A stretch of DNA of 64,000 nt from Epiperipatus broadwayi (taxonomy: Eukaryota > Animalia > Onychophora), in assembly GCA_028023455.1 (NCBI GenBank), contig JAQFVV010000005.1, forward strand, positions 18,476,001-18,540,000, given 5' to 3'. Positions 1 to 13,081 of this stretch are shown here, piece after piece. Position 1 is the first letter of the stretch. Each line of letters starts with the position of its first letter. A program made the translations under genes and the position numbers. The notes under the pieces are model-generated. The model did no database searches and was not told where the DNA came from. It saw only the letters and a list, made by a program, of their open reading frames with translations.

Positions 1-75
1 TGAAGAAGACTGCTAGTACAGTCAAAACTGTTTAAAATTATTTGCTTAAAGTGTTAAAGGAGTGTTGATGAGTTT
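1..75 (+). mobile_element. Penelope-like element 3'-end relic with decayed hammerhead core (cut by window edge)
   Basis: TGAAGA-A-GACTG-ctagta-CAGTC-AAAA mirrors the 28417-28443 motif (G12 changed to A). The downstream ttgc..aaagtgtt is also shared. Confidence 0.5.
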
Positions 76-850
76 ATAGTGTCACATGGAAGAACTGACT
101 AACTAGGAATTGATGCAACTTGAGGAAAAGAAATCAACAAGCTTATAGACAAAAACTTGGCATCAAAACACTGGAAAAAAATTCATTTCACATCAGAGAC
201 CATTTGAGAGGATTAGAATCACCATCAAATCTTAAAATGTCTTCATTAAATCAATGAATGAGACCTTAAAATATGTTGTATGAAGAAAAAAATCAAAAAA
301 GCAAAAGCCATTCAGTTTAATTTTTTTCTTTTAGAGATCAATAGCCACCAATACTTTACTTGGTGTATTCCTCCAAAAAACCATGATTATTTAAACGACA
401 ATTATAGACCTTTAAAATAAGCAACTGATGACTCAGGAAACTGAATGAGGATGAATGTTGAATGTAAGGATTATAAGAAAGAATTACTTTAACCTAAGTT
501 GGGTTTATATATAGATTTGAGTTGCATTATCTTGCCTGCAATATAGATTTTAAATGTATAACCCTATAATAAGCGTATAGCACGATTTACGTATGCATAT
601 ACCATACATTAGACTTTTTAAAAAATTATATATACTAGGTTAAATTGTTTGTTAATATAATATTAACAATTTATAACTTAATTTTTATCCGCGGAAAAGA
701 GCTAAATTCCCCCCCCCCCCATAGAAAACCATTATAACGCTCTTGCTTTTTACATGATTTTCTTACTTTAGAATGAGTTTTGATGGGCCAATTATTCTCG
801 CTGAGTAAAGTTATAAGTTATTCACAGATTTACATCATACCTATGAGATT

Positions 851-966
851 GAGTGTATTGATAAGGTGTGCAGAGGAGCTCAAGATTCATGGATTCTGGT
901 CCAATGCTAGCATTTCCAGTACTCAAACTTCTTATAAACGTATGAGCACAAATCATTGATTATTTT
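851..966 (+). mobile_element. Degenerate tRNA-derived SINE (family B)
   Basis: Shares gagctc(a/g)ag...actcaaacttcttata..tgagca..aaatcatt with copies at 973, 37200, 38369, 46247 and 49098. Confidence 0.5.
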
Positions 967-972
967 CAAAAG

Positions 973-1110
973 CATAGTTTAGCGCAGCGGTAGAGTGACG
1001 AATTCTAGAGCTCGAGACCCATTGGATCATTGGATCACGGGTTAATCTGTGACTTCCGATGTGCGAAATTCTTATAAATTTTTAGATATGAAAATCATTC
1101 GATTATTATA
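973..1110 (+). mobile_element. tRNA-derived SINE (family B)
   Basis: A-box-like TAGCGCAGCGG, then ttctagagctcgag and gtgacttccgatgtgcgaaattcttataa..atcattcgatta, a motif repeated elsewhere in the window. Confidence 0.55.
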
Positions 1111-1766
1111 GCAAGTATTTTTTATAATTAAGTACACCAAAATTCTCCCAACGCAGAAAACGTAGCTAACATTTTACTACTTTATATATATTGTACGTAT
1201 TCGTTTTATACGATTTTTTTTTTTAATGCTTCCTAAATATCAAGTAAAACTTGGTGGAATTGTTCTTTGATTTATAAAAGATTTAGAGTATTATTATTAT
1301 CATCATTATTTAGCAGTTAGCCAGCGGCTGTTTGTGGCTGTCTGGTTGTGATTAGTTGTCTCGGGCATTGATTTCTGTAAGCTTTCCAAACTAATATTAA
1401 AAGCCAGATAATAATAAAAGTTAGTTAGGCTGCTGCCCGCCAGCGATAATCTACCACCTAAAAGATTAGCAATAATATTACCTGTTAATAATTGTTTTAA
1501 AAACTAGTTCTGACACTATATTTGAGTACTAAATTTAAACATTTATATATAAAAAACAGAATTATTTGATACCAATAATTAGTTATTAAAAACAGTATTA
1601 TTTTTATTATAATTATTGGATTAGCAGACATAGATAAGTACATATCATGTAAAGGCAGAGCAATGTTAATTTCTTTTTGGATTTTAAATGCTTACACTTT
1701 CTTTTCATACAGCTAAAGGTTGAATTTACTGTTGTCTAACAACTGTAACCTGATAAAAAGCTCGCC

Positions 1767-1871
1767 CACTTGTCAAGCGTTGGTAGCCGAGTGGTTAGCA
1801 CAGCTGCCTTACAAGCAGTTGTCCCGGGGTTCGCTTTCCGGGCGACGCTTTGACACATTAAAAAAAAAAGC
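1767..1871 (+). mobile_element. tRNA-Val(TAC)-derived SINE / tRNA pseudogene
   Basis: Cloverleaf-like 1777-1849, anticodon arm GCTGC-CTTACAA-GCAGT (TAC at 1810-1812), A box TAGCCGAGTGG, B-box-like GGTTCGCTT, A-rich tail. Second copy at 26485-26586. Confidence 0.75.
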
Positions 1872-1889
1872 CCCCCTCCTAGTGTTCTA

Positions 1890-3010
1890 ATTTATGAATA
1901 GATCCAGAGAGAAGACAGATTAATTCATCCATCTCCGCATTCTTTTCTGATCATTGCCCAGATCTTCAATTCCATATAACTCTTCCTAACTTATATCATC
2001 CAGCTAGGTCAATTCCTCCATCATTTTTTCTCGTTTCCATTCTCCATTCTATCTAAAACATCGTTCATTAAATCCAGTTTCTCATTCTATTTCTAATTTC
2101 CATAATTAATTTTCTTTTTTCATTTATTCTTCCCAAAACTTCTTCATTTATCATTTGATTCACTAATTTCCTTCATTCTTCTCCATGATCACATCTTAAA
2201 GGCCTCCAATGTGATCTAATTCTTTATTCATTGTCCACATTTCACAACTATACAATAATACACTTCATGTATACACTCGAATAGTCTTTTTCTTAATTTT
2301 CTCTTCAGAACCACAAAAAAAAAATTTTTTTTCTTTTTAATAAATGCCCCCCCCCTTTCACCTTTACTTATTTCTTTCCTTCTCACTCAACAAACTACCC
2401 AAATAACTAAATCTATTAACCTGTTGAACTATATTATCATGAATATCAACTGGCATTTATTTTTGTGTTTCTTTCTATCCATAAACATTTGATCTCATTA
2501 ACATTAATTTTTATTACATATTACATACATCCTTCCTCCAGAATATTCAATATATTCCAGAAATTCTTTTCATTTTCAGCTATAAGAGCCATATCATTCA
2601 CAAATGTTATGCATTTTATTATTCTACCTTAAATATTATCTCCTTCATAAAAAAATATTTATTTAACATGTCTTCTAAACAAACATTAGCAAGCATCAAC
2701 AACATGCAATAACATTATCTAACTCCTTTTTCTATATTTACTTCTTCAGTTTCATTACTCTTCAACCTGATTCTTATTCTTTGCTCAGTATACATATTCC
2801 AAATCAATCTTTTCTCTTTCTAAAATACTTTTCAAGTTGGTCGTAGAGGTTATTTCAGATTACTCTATCAAATGCTTTTTCCAAGTTCATAAAACGTATA
2901 CCAATTCTTTTATCTTGTTCAATATCTGTCTCTCTGCAATGTACACACAATACATATTAGCTTTTTTTCATTCCTTCAATCAGCAATTCTTAATTGATAT
3001 TCATGGAACA
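1890..3010 (-). pseudogene. Decayed RTE-type LINE reverse transcriptase fragment
   Basis: Minus-strand translation shows EKGVR*CY (GVRQGC-like) and ITFVNDMALIAE (IRFADDMAL-like), with many stops and frameshifts. Confidence 0.6.
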
Positions 3011-3239
3011 GAATTTACCATAGGTGTTTTTCAATATTCCAGTTATTTGTTATATTTTAAAATCATTTTATTATTTAAAGTATAAAGTGTAAATATCAGC
3101 AACAGCAACTGTAGCCACTCACAAATGATTCTGGTCATTTCAATTGAAAAAGATAATAAAACTAATAAAAAGAATAAAACTATAAAAATGAGTTTTGTGA
3201 TAATCATAGAAACTAATCTGTAACACAAATATGCTTACA

Positions 3240-3398
3240 TATAACTAGCTAGCCCATTCTGTTTATTCAATCCTTTGTGATGTTGACTTAAAACTTTTTA
3301 TTAAACAACCTTCTCTATAACATACTTCAATCCCATGTCTAATTGTGGTTCTCCAATATAGTCTATCCTCTCCAATATGTTATAAAAAAAAATGAGAT
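3240..3398 (-). mobile_element. RTE/BovB-like LINE 3' fragment, downstream half of an element split by the PLE
   Basis: Minus strand reads GEDRLYWRTTIRHG, typical of RTE C-termini. It continues from 5507-5620 across the PLE. Confidence 0.45.
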
Positions 3399-3607
3399 AA
3401 TCGTAGTAACATTCCTGAAGGTTTGTGAGGATGGTGTTCTAGTTATATTTTTATATTGGACTATTTTCATCATCTAATATGAGTACTTGACAAACAACAA
3501 AAATTGAAGCCAAACATATCCTATGGTAAGAGGAAGGCGATTACATCTCTCAAAGTAGATAAATCTATAATTTTTCTCCTTGCTGACAAAGACAAGCAAT
3601 AATTGTA

Positions 3608-4695
3608 ATGGATACAACTGATTATGACAACAAAATACAAGAACTTCTGACAGCAGACCAATATAAAAAAGTGGCAAAAAGTCCGATACCAAGTACGGAA
3701 ACGAAGTTACAAGCATTACTCAGAAAGCATCGCAGGTACTTTACCGATTTAGAAAAAAGTAAAATAACATCATATTTCAGCAAAATTCCTCATCTTTATG
3801 GTCTACTTGAAATCCATAAGGATCATGTTTCATTAAGACCTATTGTTAGTTCTAAAGATTCTCCTTGCCAAAATTTGGCAAGATTTCTTCTCAAAGTTCT
3901 AAGTCCTTTGGCATACAAGACCCAGTCCTTTGTCAAGAATTCTAGATACTTTGTAGAATTAATCAAGAACATGAAAATTGAAAGATCTGACACACTAGTA
4001 AGCTTTGATATGGAAAATTTATTCACGAATGTACCATGTGAAGAAGCATTGTCTATTGTAAGGAAAAGATTAAATGGTGATAATAGTTTACAAACCAGAA
4101 CAACTCTTCTTATTGATAGTATAATGGAACTATTAACATTCTGTATAAAAACAATCTACTTTCAATATAACACAGAATTCTTCCAACAAAATCAAGGAAT
4201 GGCTACGAGTTCACCATTGTCTCCCCTGATTAGCAATATTTACATGGAAGAACTTGAAACCTTAGCTATAAAAACTACTCCATATCCACCTAAAGGTTGG
4301 CTTTGGTATGTGGATGATACATTTGTTGTATGGCCAGAAGGTGAAGCACAACTACAAACTTTCTGGAAACACATCAACAACATACCCCCATTCAATTAAA
4401 TTTACAATAGAATCAGAACAAGAACAAACATTGGCATTCTTAGATGTTCTTGTGGCAAGACTCCCTCATGGCAAAATCAAAACTACAGTTTACCAAAAAT
4501 CTATACATACAGGAATATACCTTGCCTATACATCCAATCACACTACAAACACAAACATGGAGTTATACTATAGAATATAGCAAAAGGAGTTTGTTCAGAA
4601 ACCAGCGATTTGGAAAAGAAAAGATTTATATAGAACAAATCCGTATGAAAAATGGTTATCCATCAGTTGTTATTAAGAAAATGTTAAATAGATAA
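3608..4695 (+). pseudogene. PLE reverse transcriptase (frameshifted; ORF pieces 3608-4399, 4308-4580, 4444-4695)
   Basis: KIPHLYGLLEIHK..LRPIVSS, LVSFDMENLFTNVP, QGMATSSPLSP, WLWYVDDTF, IKFTIESE..LAFLDVLV, TTVYQKSIHTG are PLE RT/thumb motifs. Confidence 0.9.
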
Positions 4696-4866
4696 CAAAA
4701 AGAACCATCAAGGGAAAATACAATTATTGGTGCTGCAGTTTATCCATACATTCCAAAAATAGCAGACAACTTAAGGAAAATCTGTAATCAATATAACATC
4801 AAAACAGCTTTCCAGAGCCATACCACCCTATGAGGAATTCTAACATCTACAAAGCCTAAACTTGAA

Positions 4867-5106
4867 ATGCTGAAAAGAAAAAACTGCATCTATAAAATAC
4901 CAGGTGAATGTGGAAAAACATATATTGATGAGACCAGTTGTCCCAGTGAAAAGCACTTGCAAGAACACAAACTGATAATTAGAAGAGAGAAAACAGATGT
5001 GTCTAAGGTAGCAGACCATGTATGTGCCAATGAACATATGTTCAATTGGGAAAATACAAAAATATTGAATAGAGAAGAAAAGGTACAAAGAAGAAAATTT
5101 ACATAA
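4867..5106 (+). pseudogene. PLE GIY-YIG endonuclease domain
   Basis: CIYKIPGECGKTYIDETS...HLQEH...VADHV...HMFNWENTKIL. Confidence 0.85.
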
Positions 5107-5267
5107 GTTGTTCACATGACAATGGCAAATAATTCCACAAGCCAACCTAGTTTGACTATACATAAAGTATAGAAACCACTAATCAACTTTGCTCTGAGGA
5201 AAAAGTGGAGAAATCAGAAGGAACCTTATAGATAATTATATGAAATTTCTACTGGTGGTTGCTTTGG

Positions 5268-5350
5268 CAGGATGGCTTAGTTGGTTAGAGCATCATCTAA
5301 AATTCAATACTCAAGAATCTAAGGGTCCAGGTTTGAATCCCATGCAACAT
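5268..5350 (+). other. tRNA-like Pol III module inside the PLE 3' region
   Basis: A box TGGCTTAGTTGG and B box GGTTTGAATCC, separated by an over-long central segment. Confidence 0.5.
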
Positions 5351-5506
5351 TGGGCATATACTAACCTGTTTGATGTGCTATTACTAACAGTTGAATGCAT
5401 TGGGAATGTTTAAATAAAAGTTAAATTTTTCTAAAGACATTCAATACTCATATTAGATGATGGAAATAGTCCAATATAAAAATAAAATACAATCTTAGTA
5501 ACAATC

Positions 5507-5620
5507 TCTCCCAAAAGATCCATGATTCAAATTATCATAAAAACACTCTTTTAGGAAGACTTCTATTATTTCACTCATTTCACATATCTACTTCAATTAA
5601 GACATAATTTTACTGCAGTG
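5507..5620 (-). mobile_element. RTE/BovB-like LINE fragment, upstream half of the element split by the PLE
   Basis: Minus strand approximates SLPKRVFYDNLNHGSFGR (RLPKQLFYGEL..G-like) with a frameshift. Confidence 0.45.
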
Positions 5621-6349
5621 GACCCTATAATTTATATCTAGTAAGGTGAAGAACTTTTGTGCCTGTACATTACTTACACCATAAAACTGTTTATGCAATT
5701 TTATTATCATTATGATACTTATCATAAAATGGTCTGTGGTACTTAACAACAGCAAGAATTTTTATTCTGCTAAAAATACTGCAGAAGCAATGAAAAACAC
5801 AGCAGTGTATGTGTGTGTAGAGGATGAAAAACAAAATACAATAGTTTCCTTCCCTATAATTACTGCCATTGGTTATCATCCTCTCCCTGAATAGTTAAAT
5901 CTAAAAATAATAGTGAACATTAGAATACCAACAAAAATAATTATTACAAAGTATAATAATTCGGTTGTAAATAAGAATAAGTAGATTGAGCATCAGAGGT
6001 AACACAGCTGGCCATGATACATAGACTTTGAATTCCAGGGTCTGCCACTATATTATAGCATGAAGGGCAATTCAGAAATGAAAAAGATATATAAAAATGC
6101 AGACTGAAAGAGAAAGCCATCACATGATTGTCTGAGCATGCATAACAAGAAAATAGCTAATAAAAAATTATCCATGATGGCATTAAAAAAAATAATCTAT
6201 GAATTAAATTTTTCAAATTCCCAATTTTTTAAAAAAAATCAAATTGTGTGTTAATGAAACCAAAGATGACAAGAAAAACTATTACAACTAATTTCTATCA
6301 ATTAATATATATATATATATATGCTCTGCGTACAGATAATGAAGCTATT

Positions 6350-6800
6350 AAATGTAAGTAAAATTATCAAAAGTTACCGCCAAGTGCTTTCGGGACAGTT
6401 TATAGTCCCATATTCATGGCAACTTGTATTTGGTTAAGAACTGTAATTTCTATATAGAAATGCTTTAAGAGAATAAATGGCAAAAATCTTTACTAATAAA
6501 ATAGTCACCCAAGTAAACAATTAAGTAATATTCAAATACCTGTCAGGGTCTTGAAAAAAATCTCACTGAATTAATTTATCAGTACAGGATATCAAAAGTT
6601 CAGGATTCATTTGTTTAAACAACGTTTTCATCATAGTGGATTGTAAATAGTGCTTCATAAAAAGAATATGAAGCTTTACATCTATAAATTGCAAATGTCA
6701 TAAAAAGGTGAGATACCCAATCATAGTGGATGCATGTATCTTCTTAAAGGTTTTTTCATAATTTGTTTTTGGATAATTAGCCTTCTTTTATAGAAGATGT
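6350..6800 (-). mobile_element. Decayed PLE 3' relic with hammerhead motif
   Basis: Minus strand has KQMNPEL (PLE C-terminus-like) upstream of GCC-ATGAATA-T-GGGAC-tataaact-GTCCC-GAAA-GCAC-TT-GGC. Confidence 0.55.
6372..6425 (-). ncRNA. Minimal type I hammerhead ribozyme-like motif, A3-U8 core variant
   Basis: Core AUGAAUA...GAAA. Stem II GGGAC/GTCCC. Stem III AGCACT (AGCGCT with one CpG-type change). Stem I GCC/GGC, extended by AAGTT/AACTT. Confidence 0.6.
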
Positions 6801-8299
6801 TGTGGCAGGAGAAATTATCATATCTTATAAATATTAATTAATTAATCTTCATGTTAATTAAATTACAAAATTATTGGTATATCTCTATTGGATATATGAG
6901 TGTTTGAGAATTCAAAACTAACTTCAGATTATTGTTTAGTTTTTTTTTTACTACTATTCCATGCACTTTGCTTCTTAAAAGCATCAAAATATTATTTGAA
7001 AAGATGATAAATAAAAGAAACTGCCTCATGTAATATTAACATTGAACAATAGTAATGATAATTATAAATCTTACTAAATGTTATCACATTCCAATGACTA
7101 AAAACTAATAAAATAGTACACTAGTAAAATAATAAACTAGAAAGAAAGAAAATTGAATTAATTATAATAAAGTAATAATAGAATGGTGTGTTTTCCTAGA
7201 AGGTCATGTGACCTTTAATTAGCAAAGGTGATAGAACCAAAGTACATGGGCCCCCAGCTCTTAACTCTGCCATTCTACCACCGTCCTAATCATATATAAT
7301 ATTGAAATGTTTTGTTGCTTCATAAATTAATTAATTAAAAATAAAAGTAAATCATAAACTCAGTTTGCTCAGTTGTGAAAGTTACACCATATTACAATCT
7401 TATAATTAATACAACACTCACATGACCAGGTGAAATTATCTTGTGACATTTGATTTCAGATAAAAATAGATAGATACTCATTTACTAATCAATACATTCA
7501 GATTAGTTATGGACTACCAATCTGGAAATTTTTTATTCCTGCCTGGAAAATCCTCAGAATACTTGATTTCAAATCTCTCCAATTTGAACCCTAGATTATA
7601 ACCATGAAGTGTTTAGTTGTTTATCATTTGCCTGATTTTTTGCTACAATATTGTTAGAAGTGTCTCTCAAGCCATTGCTATTATTCAAATGACAGGCTGG
7701 TTTAAGTTCAAATATTAGGGCATATAAATTTTTTAAGCAATTAGCCAGAATAGCATAAAATGAGAATAATATATGACAAAAAACTGGTTTATTTAAAAAG
7801 TTATATTATATTCAAGCATGAAAAATGGAATATTGAGCTTTAAACCAGGGATCTTTAACCTCAAGTCATTACTACCAAAAACATTAAAATAATAAAATAT
7901 GATAATCAGAGTACTACTCTATAAATTAATGCATACCATCAGACAAAAATCAATTATTCAGAAACCGTTCATAAAAACATATGGCTATTAAACATCCATT
8001 GATTATGCAATTCAACTAGAACACTATCCTATTAAATAATGTTTTTCACTAAATAAATGTCATCGGTCACAAATTGGTTGTAAGTGTATACACTATCATC
8101 AAATTTACATTGATTACTCAATATTACATAGAAATGCTTATAAAAAGATGAGAGAAGTTTCTGCTTGTCTAACGATATTCTTTTTATGTCTTGCTATTTT
8201 TTCTTATACAATCTTTTAACTGTAACAATTTTTTACTATAATCTTAATAAAGGCTCAAAATAAACTGTCAATTAGTTTCTTTATTATGTGTTTTGAATG

Positions 8300-8720
8300 T
8301 AAGGAACAAAAAAAAATTGGATGAGGACAGCTCTTTAAAACACATGAAAATGCAAATTGATTATCTAGGCACTCACCTTTCTTTTAATATTATCCCACTG
8401 ATTAAAAACCTCATGATATTACAAGCATTGATTCATTATGTATATCTGCTACCCCTTATCACATTCTTCTTAGATGATTTTTACCTTGCCTGTCTTACAT
8501 CTAAATTCAATGGATTTTGTCTTCTGCAAAATCTTATGGAGACAATCTATACATTATTGTTATCTATCTGATAAAAGTGTTCTTTAATCTGATTTTTTAT
8601 CTTTTCTGATATATGAACTTTTTCCTTTGATGTTGTAACTTTCTTCTCTTTTCTTCTTACAAGTCATATCTCATTGACCATCATTGATCTGCATTTTCTC
8701 TTTCTCATATTGTCTCTGTT
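8300..8720 (-). mobile_element. Highly decayed RTE-like LINE fragment
   Basis: Minus strand resembles the RT N-terminal KII.RM.KG.A.G.D motif. Very degenerate. Confidence 0.35.
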
Positions 8721-11700
8721 TTGTAAAAAAAAATATTAAAAAATAAATATATTGGTAAAAAAAAAAAACTATTGGAAAGTGAAAAAATTAATGCATATTT
8801 TTATTTTTAAGACTCTCATTGGTGAATGCAAATACATATATCCACAATATGGTATATACATGCATCTGCAAAGTTCTCAGCAAGAATAGACTTAACTGCC
8901 ATGCTACAACTTGGAAATAAATATCACCTAAATATACTTGAAATATTTTTCAACAAGCATATTTTTCCCCCATTAGCCAGACCATAGCTAATCTAGTTAC
9001 TTATCAAATATTGGTTGGTAAATGGGTATCTAGCTAATCTTACCTAAGACTAATACAGGGAATAAAAACTGCTCAAACCTTCACCCTAAACAACTGAGGA
9101 AGCTTAATGAGTATTGTTTTCTACTTCACTGTTCCTCTATGAGAGTTGAGCTTTGCTCTATAGTGAATTATTTAAGGGGATGTTTTATATTTTACCTACA
9201 CATATCAATTGTCTTATACATAATAACAGGAAATGAAACACTAATAATTATCCTATTCTTGATAATAAAATAATTGAAATGGAAAACGTTTGGGAGATCA
9301 TTACATTTAAACAACAGAGGTGACCGACTGAACTGTGACCCAGAAATCTTTCTCTCAATTCTGTCTCCTGCATAAAACTTAATGAAAGGTGAGAAATGAT
9401 AACTATAATTTTAGCTATAACAGAATTCATAAGTCTTATGGACAAAGAACAGTAGTTCACCTTGTCTAAGTATATACTGCATGTGGTCACTTAGTATAAT
9501 AACTAATTAAAAACAATAGCTTTCATCTTTCAACAGAATGACATTCAAATACAGTTATAGAATTTAATGAGTTCATATTTATAGACTCAGTTGCCAAGGG
9601 ATCAAACTGGATAGCTAAAAACATGGAACAACTTCTTTTGAAATGGAGTCTTGTTTTCTACATCTTTTTCTTGAGAATGACTTCAAATGAGTTGTCTACA
9701 TTATAGACAATGTTTTTTCTATTTTTATTACATGATCTGGCGATATCAAAACACATCATATGGCTTTCTCTCTTACATTCAACATATGCTTTAAAAAAAT
9801 AATTCATTCTATTTATTTGAGAAACATTTGTTGTAAAATTGATCATCTATAGACCCTAGTGCTATTATGAACATGTTCTCAGCCTAGTGTCTGGCTTATT
9901 ATTATTTTTTCCAGTGTAGAGCATTGAACCTACACATGAGTACTCACTTTTAATTCTTTTAATATCAAATTAATATCCTGAAATTCAAAAATCTCCAAGA
10001 TTTTGAACCTAAGCCAACTTTTTTATATAATTATATAGATTTGACACAATAGCATTATTATTTAAGAGTTCTTTAAATTTTTAATTAATGGCTTGGAGTA
10101 AATAGAATAGATTATGACAACTAAAGGCACGATTTGATATATAAAAATATAGGAGAGCATATTTGTTGCTGCTATTGATAAAACAATTTTTAAAAGTAAA
10201 TAAAAAGAACTAATCTATAACATTTATATATGCCAACTAAAATATGAAAATCATATTGAAAATATATAAAATATAAACATTTTGCCTTTTTCTGTTCAGT
10301 TATCACGTATTATTTATTGATAATCTTTCTGTAAACATTCTAGAACCAACTGATACATATGTACATGGAAAAGCAACACAGACTTCTGAGACTAGTTGAG
10401 ATTGCGATCTAGTATCAATATTTGTCTAGATTAATTTTTAAAAAAGATGCAGATTACATGTGAGCGAATGTCACGTGGTTCTTATTTTTCGATATTAATA
10501 TTTTCATGATGAGATATACAATATGGTAGTTCTTCCATATTTACTGATTTGATTACCATGTTTAACATACATATAAACATACACATATACCTACAATACA
10601 ATTTAATTTTTAAACTGTACACATTAAGACATGAATAAAAATAATTAAAAAATGGAATGAAAAAGATAATACCGTAATAAATCAATAAAGACAAAAATGA
10701 CAACTGAGTGAACATGGAGAGGAACTGAATAATTGAAATACAACTCGTAATAGTAAGTGCATAAAATTTATGAATTCACTTTTCTTTTTTTTAAAACTTT
10801 TTATTTAATATCTTTCCAAATTGCGGTTTAATGAAACTGTGAATAATGGGGTCATAATAATAGAGAGATTATTGTAAAATGTTTAAAAATGCATGTACAT
10901 TTGTTAGTCTTTTTCATTATCATCATCATCATCATCATTATTATTATTATTGTTAAGCATTATCAGTGTTAACTGATAATGATTTGCCATTTATAAAATG
11001 TTTAACAGAAAATATTAAAGTAGTTTGTGATTGCTTTCATACATGAAGTTTAAAATTATATTATGCTGTTGATATAAATATGATCAATTGTGTGCAGTAT
11101 TGTCTTATCTTTTTGCTAACCAGTAAAGATATTAGTGATATGATAATGATAAGCAAACAAATGTAAGAAAGCAAAACAAAACATAACTAAGATATTACAT
11201 ATAAAGTATTCCTTGTGAAAGGTATTGAGGAGGAAAACATAGTATAAATATCAAGATGACAAAGAAATTGCTATATGCACACTTATAATTATATAAATCA
11301 AATATAATCCATAGCCTACTCTTAATCTCCCTGTCAAGTTACTTATTTATCATGTTTTTTTAATGAGACAATAACTATTAGTAAACATTATAAAGAAATC
11401 TTTAGAGATAGATTTGATAAACATTAACTATGTAACTTACGCTTTGTATTTGTCCATAAATACATAAGTCCAAGACTTTTTAAATTCTATTTCTGAAGGA
11501 GATAAGTACAATGTCAATGGATGATCCTAAATATTTTAATAAAATTTCAGTAAAATCTAGGAAAATCAAATGCTTCTCATTTTACTTTTGAATCTGGAGG
11601 GGGGGGGTATATGAGCCTCACAAGAAGTTTGCTTCCTATGCCATTACTTTTAAATTGTTTGAAGGAATTTTTGACTAAGTATTCAAAAAGAGAATCTTGA

Positions 11701-11899
11701 TATGAGACATGTCTTAGATAATAAAATTATATCTTGAGTTAATGGCATCTGATCTACTTAATAGCTATATTTATTAGAAGACTTGGGGGAAAAAATCAGA
11801 TTTAGTGTATTCATTCCTATTTAACATATAAAACCAACAAAACATCATAAAACTCCAGCTTATGTAATACTTTTAATTAACAAATTCTATTTTTCTAGC

Positions 11900-12050
11900 C
11901 CAGTTATGTCATCCAGTCATGCTGTTCTATTCATATCCTTAAATTGTTTCTGATGTATAGCCTTTATCAGTGAGGAATTTTGATCTGAATTTAATGTACC
12001 TGAATTTTTTGGAACTATTGAATGATTTCTCTAGCAAATGCCAACTTGCT
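11900..12050 (-). mobile_element. Old copy of foldback/HHR family 1
   Basis: Minus strand tcagatcaaaatTCCTCA-CTGATAA-AGGC-tatac-ATCA-GAAA aligns with family 1 tcagatccaaggcTCCTCA-CTGATGA. Confidence 0.45.
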
Positions 12051-12998
12051 TTCATATTTATATAGATATGATGCCAGATCACTATCTATCTATTTTGATG
12101 TCCCTCCGCTTTTAAATATCTTTAAGCATCTTTATTCTTTGACTAGAAATCATGTTTCTCTAGCTTACATATTACTTTTAAATAGAAAATTCTAACTCTC
12201 CTACTTCTGTTCTGCAATTTGAGTAATCTATAACGGTGATAATAAATCCCCATTCATTTTTATCCTATCCATATCTTAAGACATGACCTTCATCAATGAA
12301 GAGTTTGGGATCTAGATCCAATACACCTGGATTTTTTTACTTTTGGATTTAACACACTTTTCTTACAATAGCCATCTTTTACTCCTTTTTTAAAAAAAAA
12401 TATAATACTAATAGCCTGAAATTCATTTTTAAATCAGAAATGATGCTTTTACAATCCTTTAATAAACATATTGTTATTACAATAGTTTTTTTTTTAATTA
12501 ACGGACATTTTATTTGTATAACTAAATACTTTTATATATCAATTGAAATGTTATATAACTAAAAATAAAATTAAGCCGTGGATTCAGTAAGTGTGCATGC
12601 AAGACAATCCTTTTACCAATGGTAAAAGTTGCATCTTATTGAAATAATTTTCTTGACAGCTAGTGCATCGAGATTCACCTTATCATTTCATATTCTTCCA
12701 AACTTCTTTTATTCTTCAATTAAAAATAGGCATATATATCCATTTACTAACTAAAACTGAAAAGCAATTGGCTATTAATTAACTATGAAAAAAAGTATAA
12801 ACTTACTTAAGTAAGATTCAGCTGTAGTAAAATATCTTAAAATTTAACTGAATTTGAACCTAGATCAGGGACTATGCAAGAAATGTTACTAACCACGATA
12901 TTATTAAACTCTATATGTACAAATTACTACAAATGTTAAGATATTTATCAATACACACACAATTATATATATATATAAACCAATTAATTTCACATTAC

Positions 12999-13081
12999 CT
13001 GGTATTTATTAAACGATGCGTTTTAATCTCCACCGTAATCGTTGGTTAAAATTCTTCTCTGAATTAATCGAAGATTCAAGT
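12999..13081 (-). other. Candidate non-coding (UTR/lncRNA) exon, 83 nt
   Basis: Minus strand has branch-like CTAAT, atatttttcttcaAG acceptor and CAG|GTAATG donor. Stops in all three frames. Adjacent to a relatively CpG-rich stretch (13.0-13.7 kb). Confidence 0.4.

Larger units (their letters stand above)
3415..5490 (+). mobile_element. Penelope-like retroelement (RT + GIY-YIG endonuclease), frameshifted
   Basis: RT and GIY-YIG ORF fragments. 40-bp terminal inverted repeat (3446-3485 / 5445-5484, 39/40 identical). Probable TSD aatcgtagtaacattc (3399-3414) / aatcttagtaacaatc (5491-5506). Confidence 0.9.

Noticed and set aside
424-450. CTGATGA-CTCAG-GAAA as a hammerhead
   Set aside because: Stem II would be 1 bp and there is no stem I or III partner.
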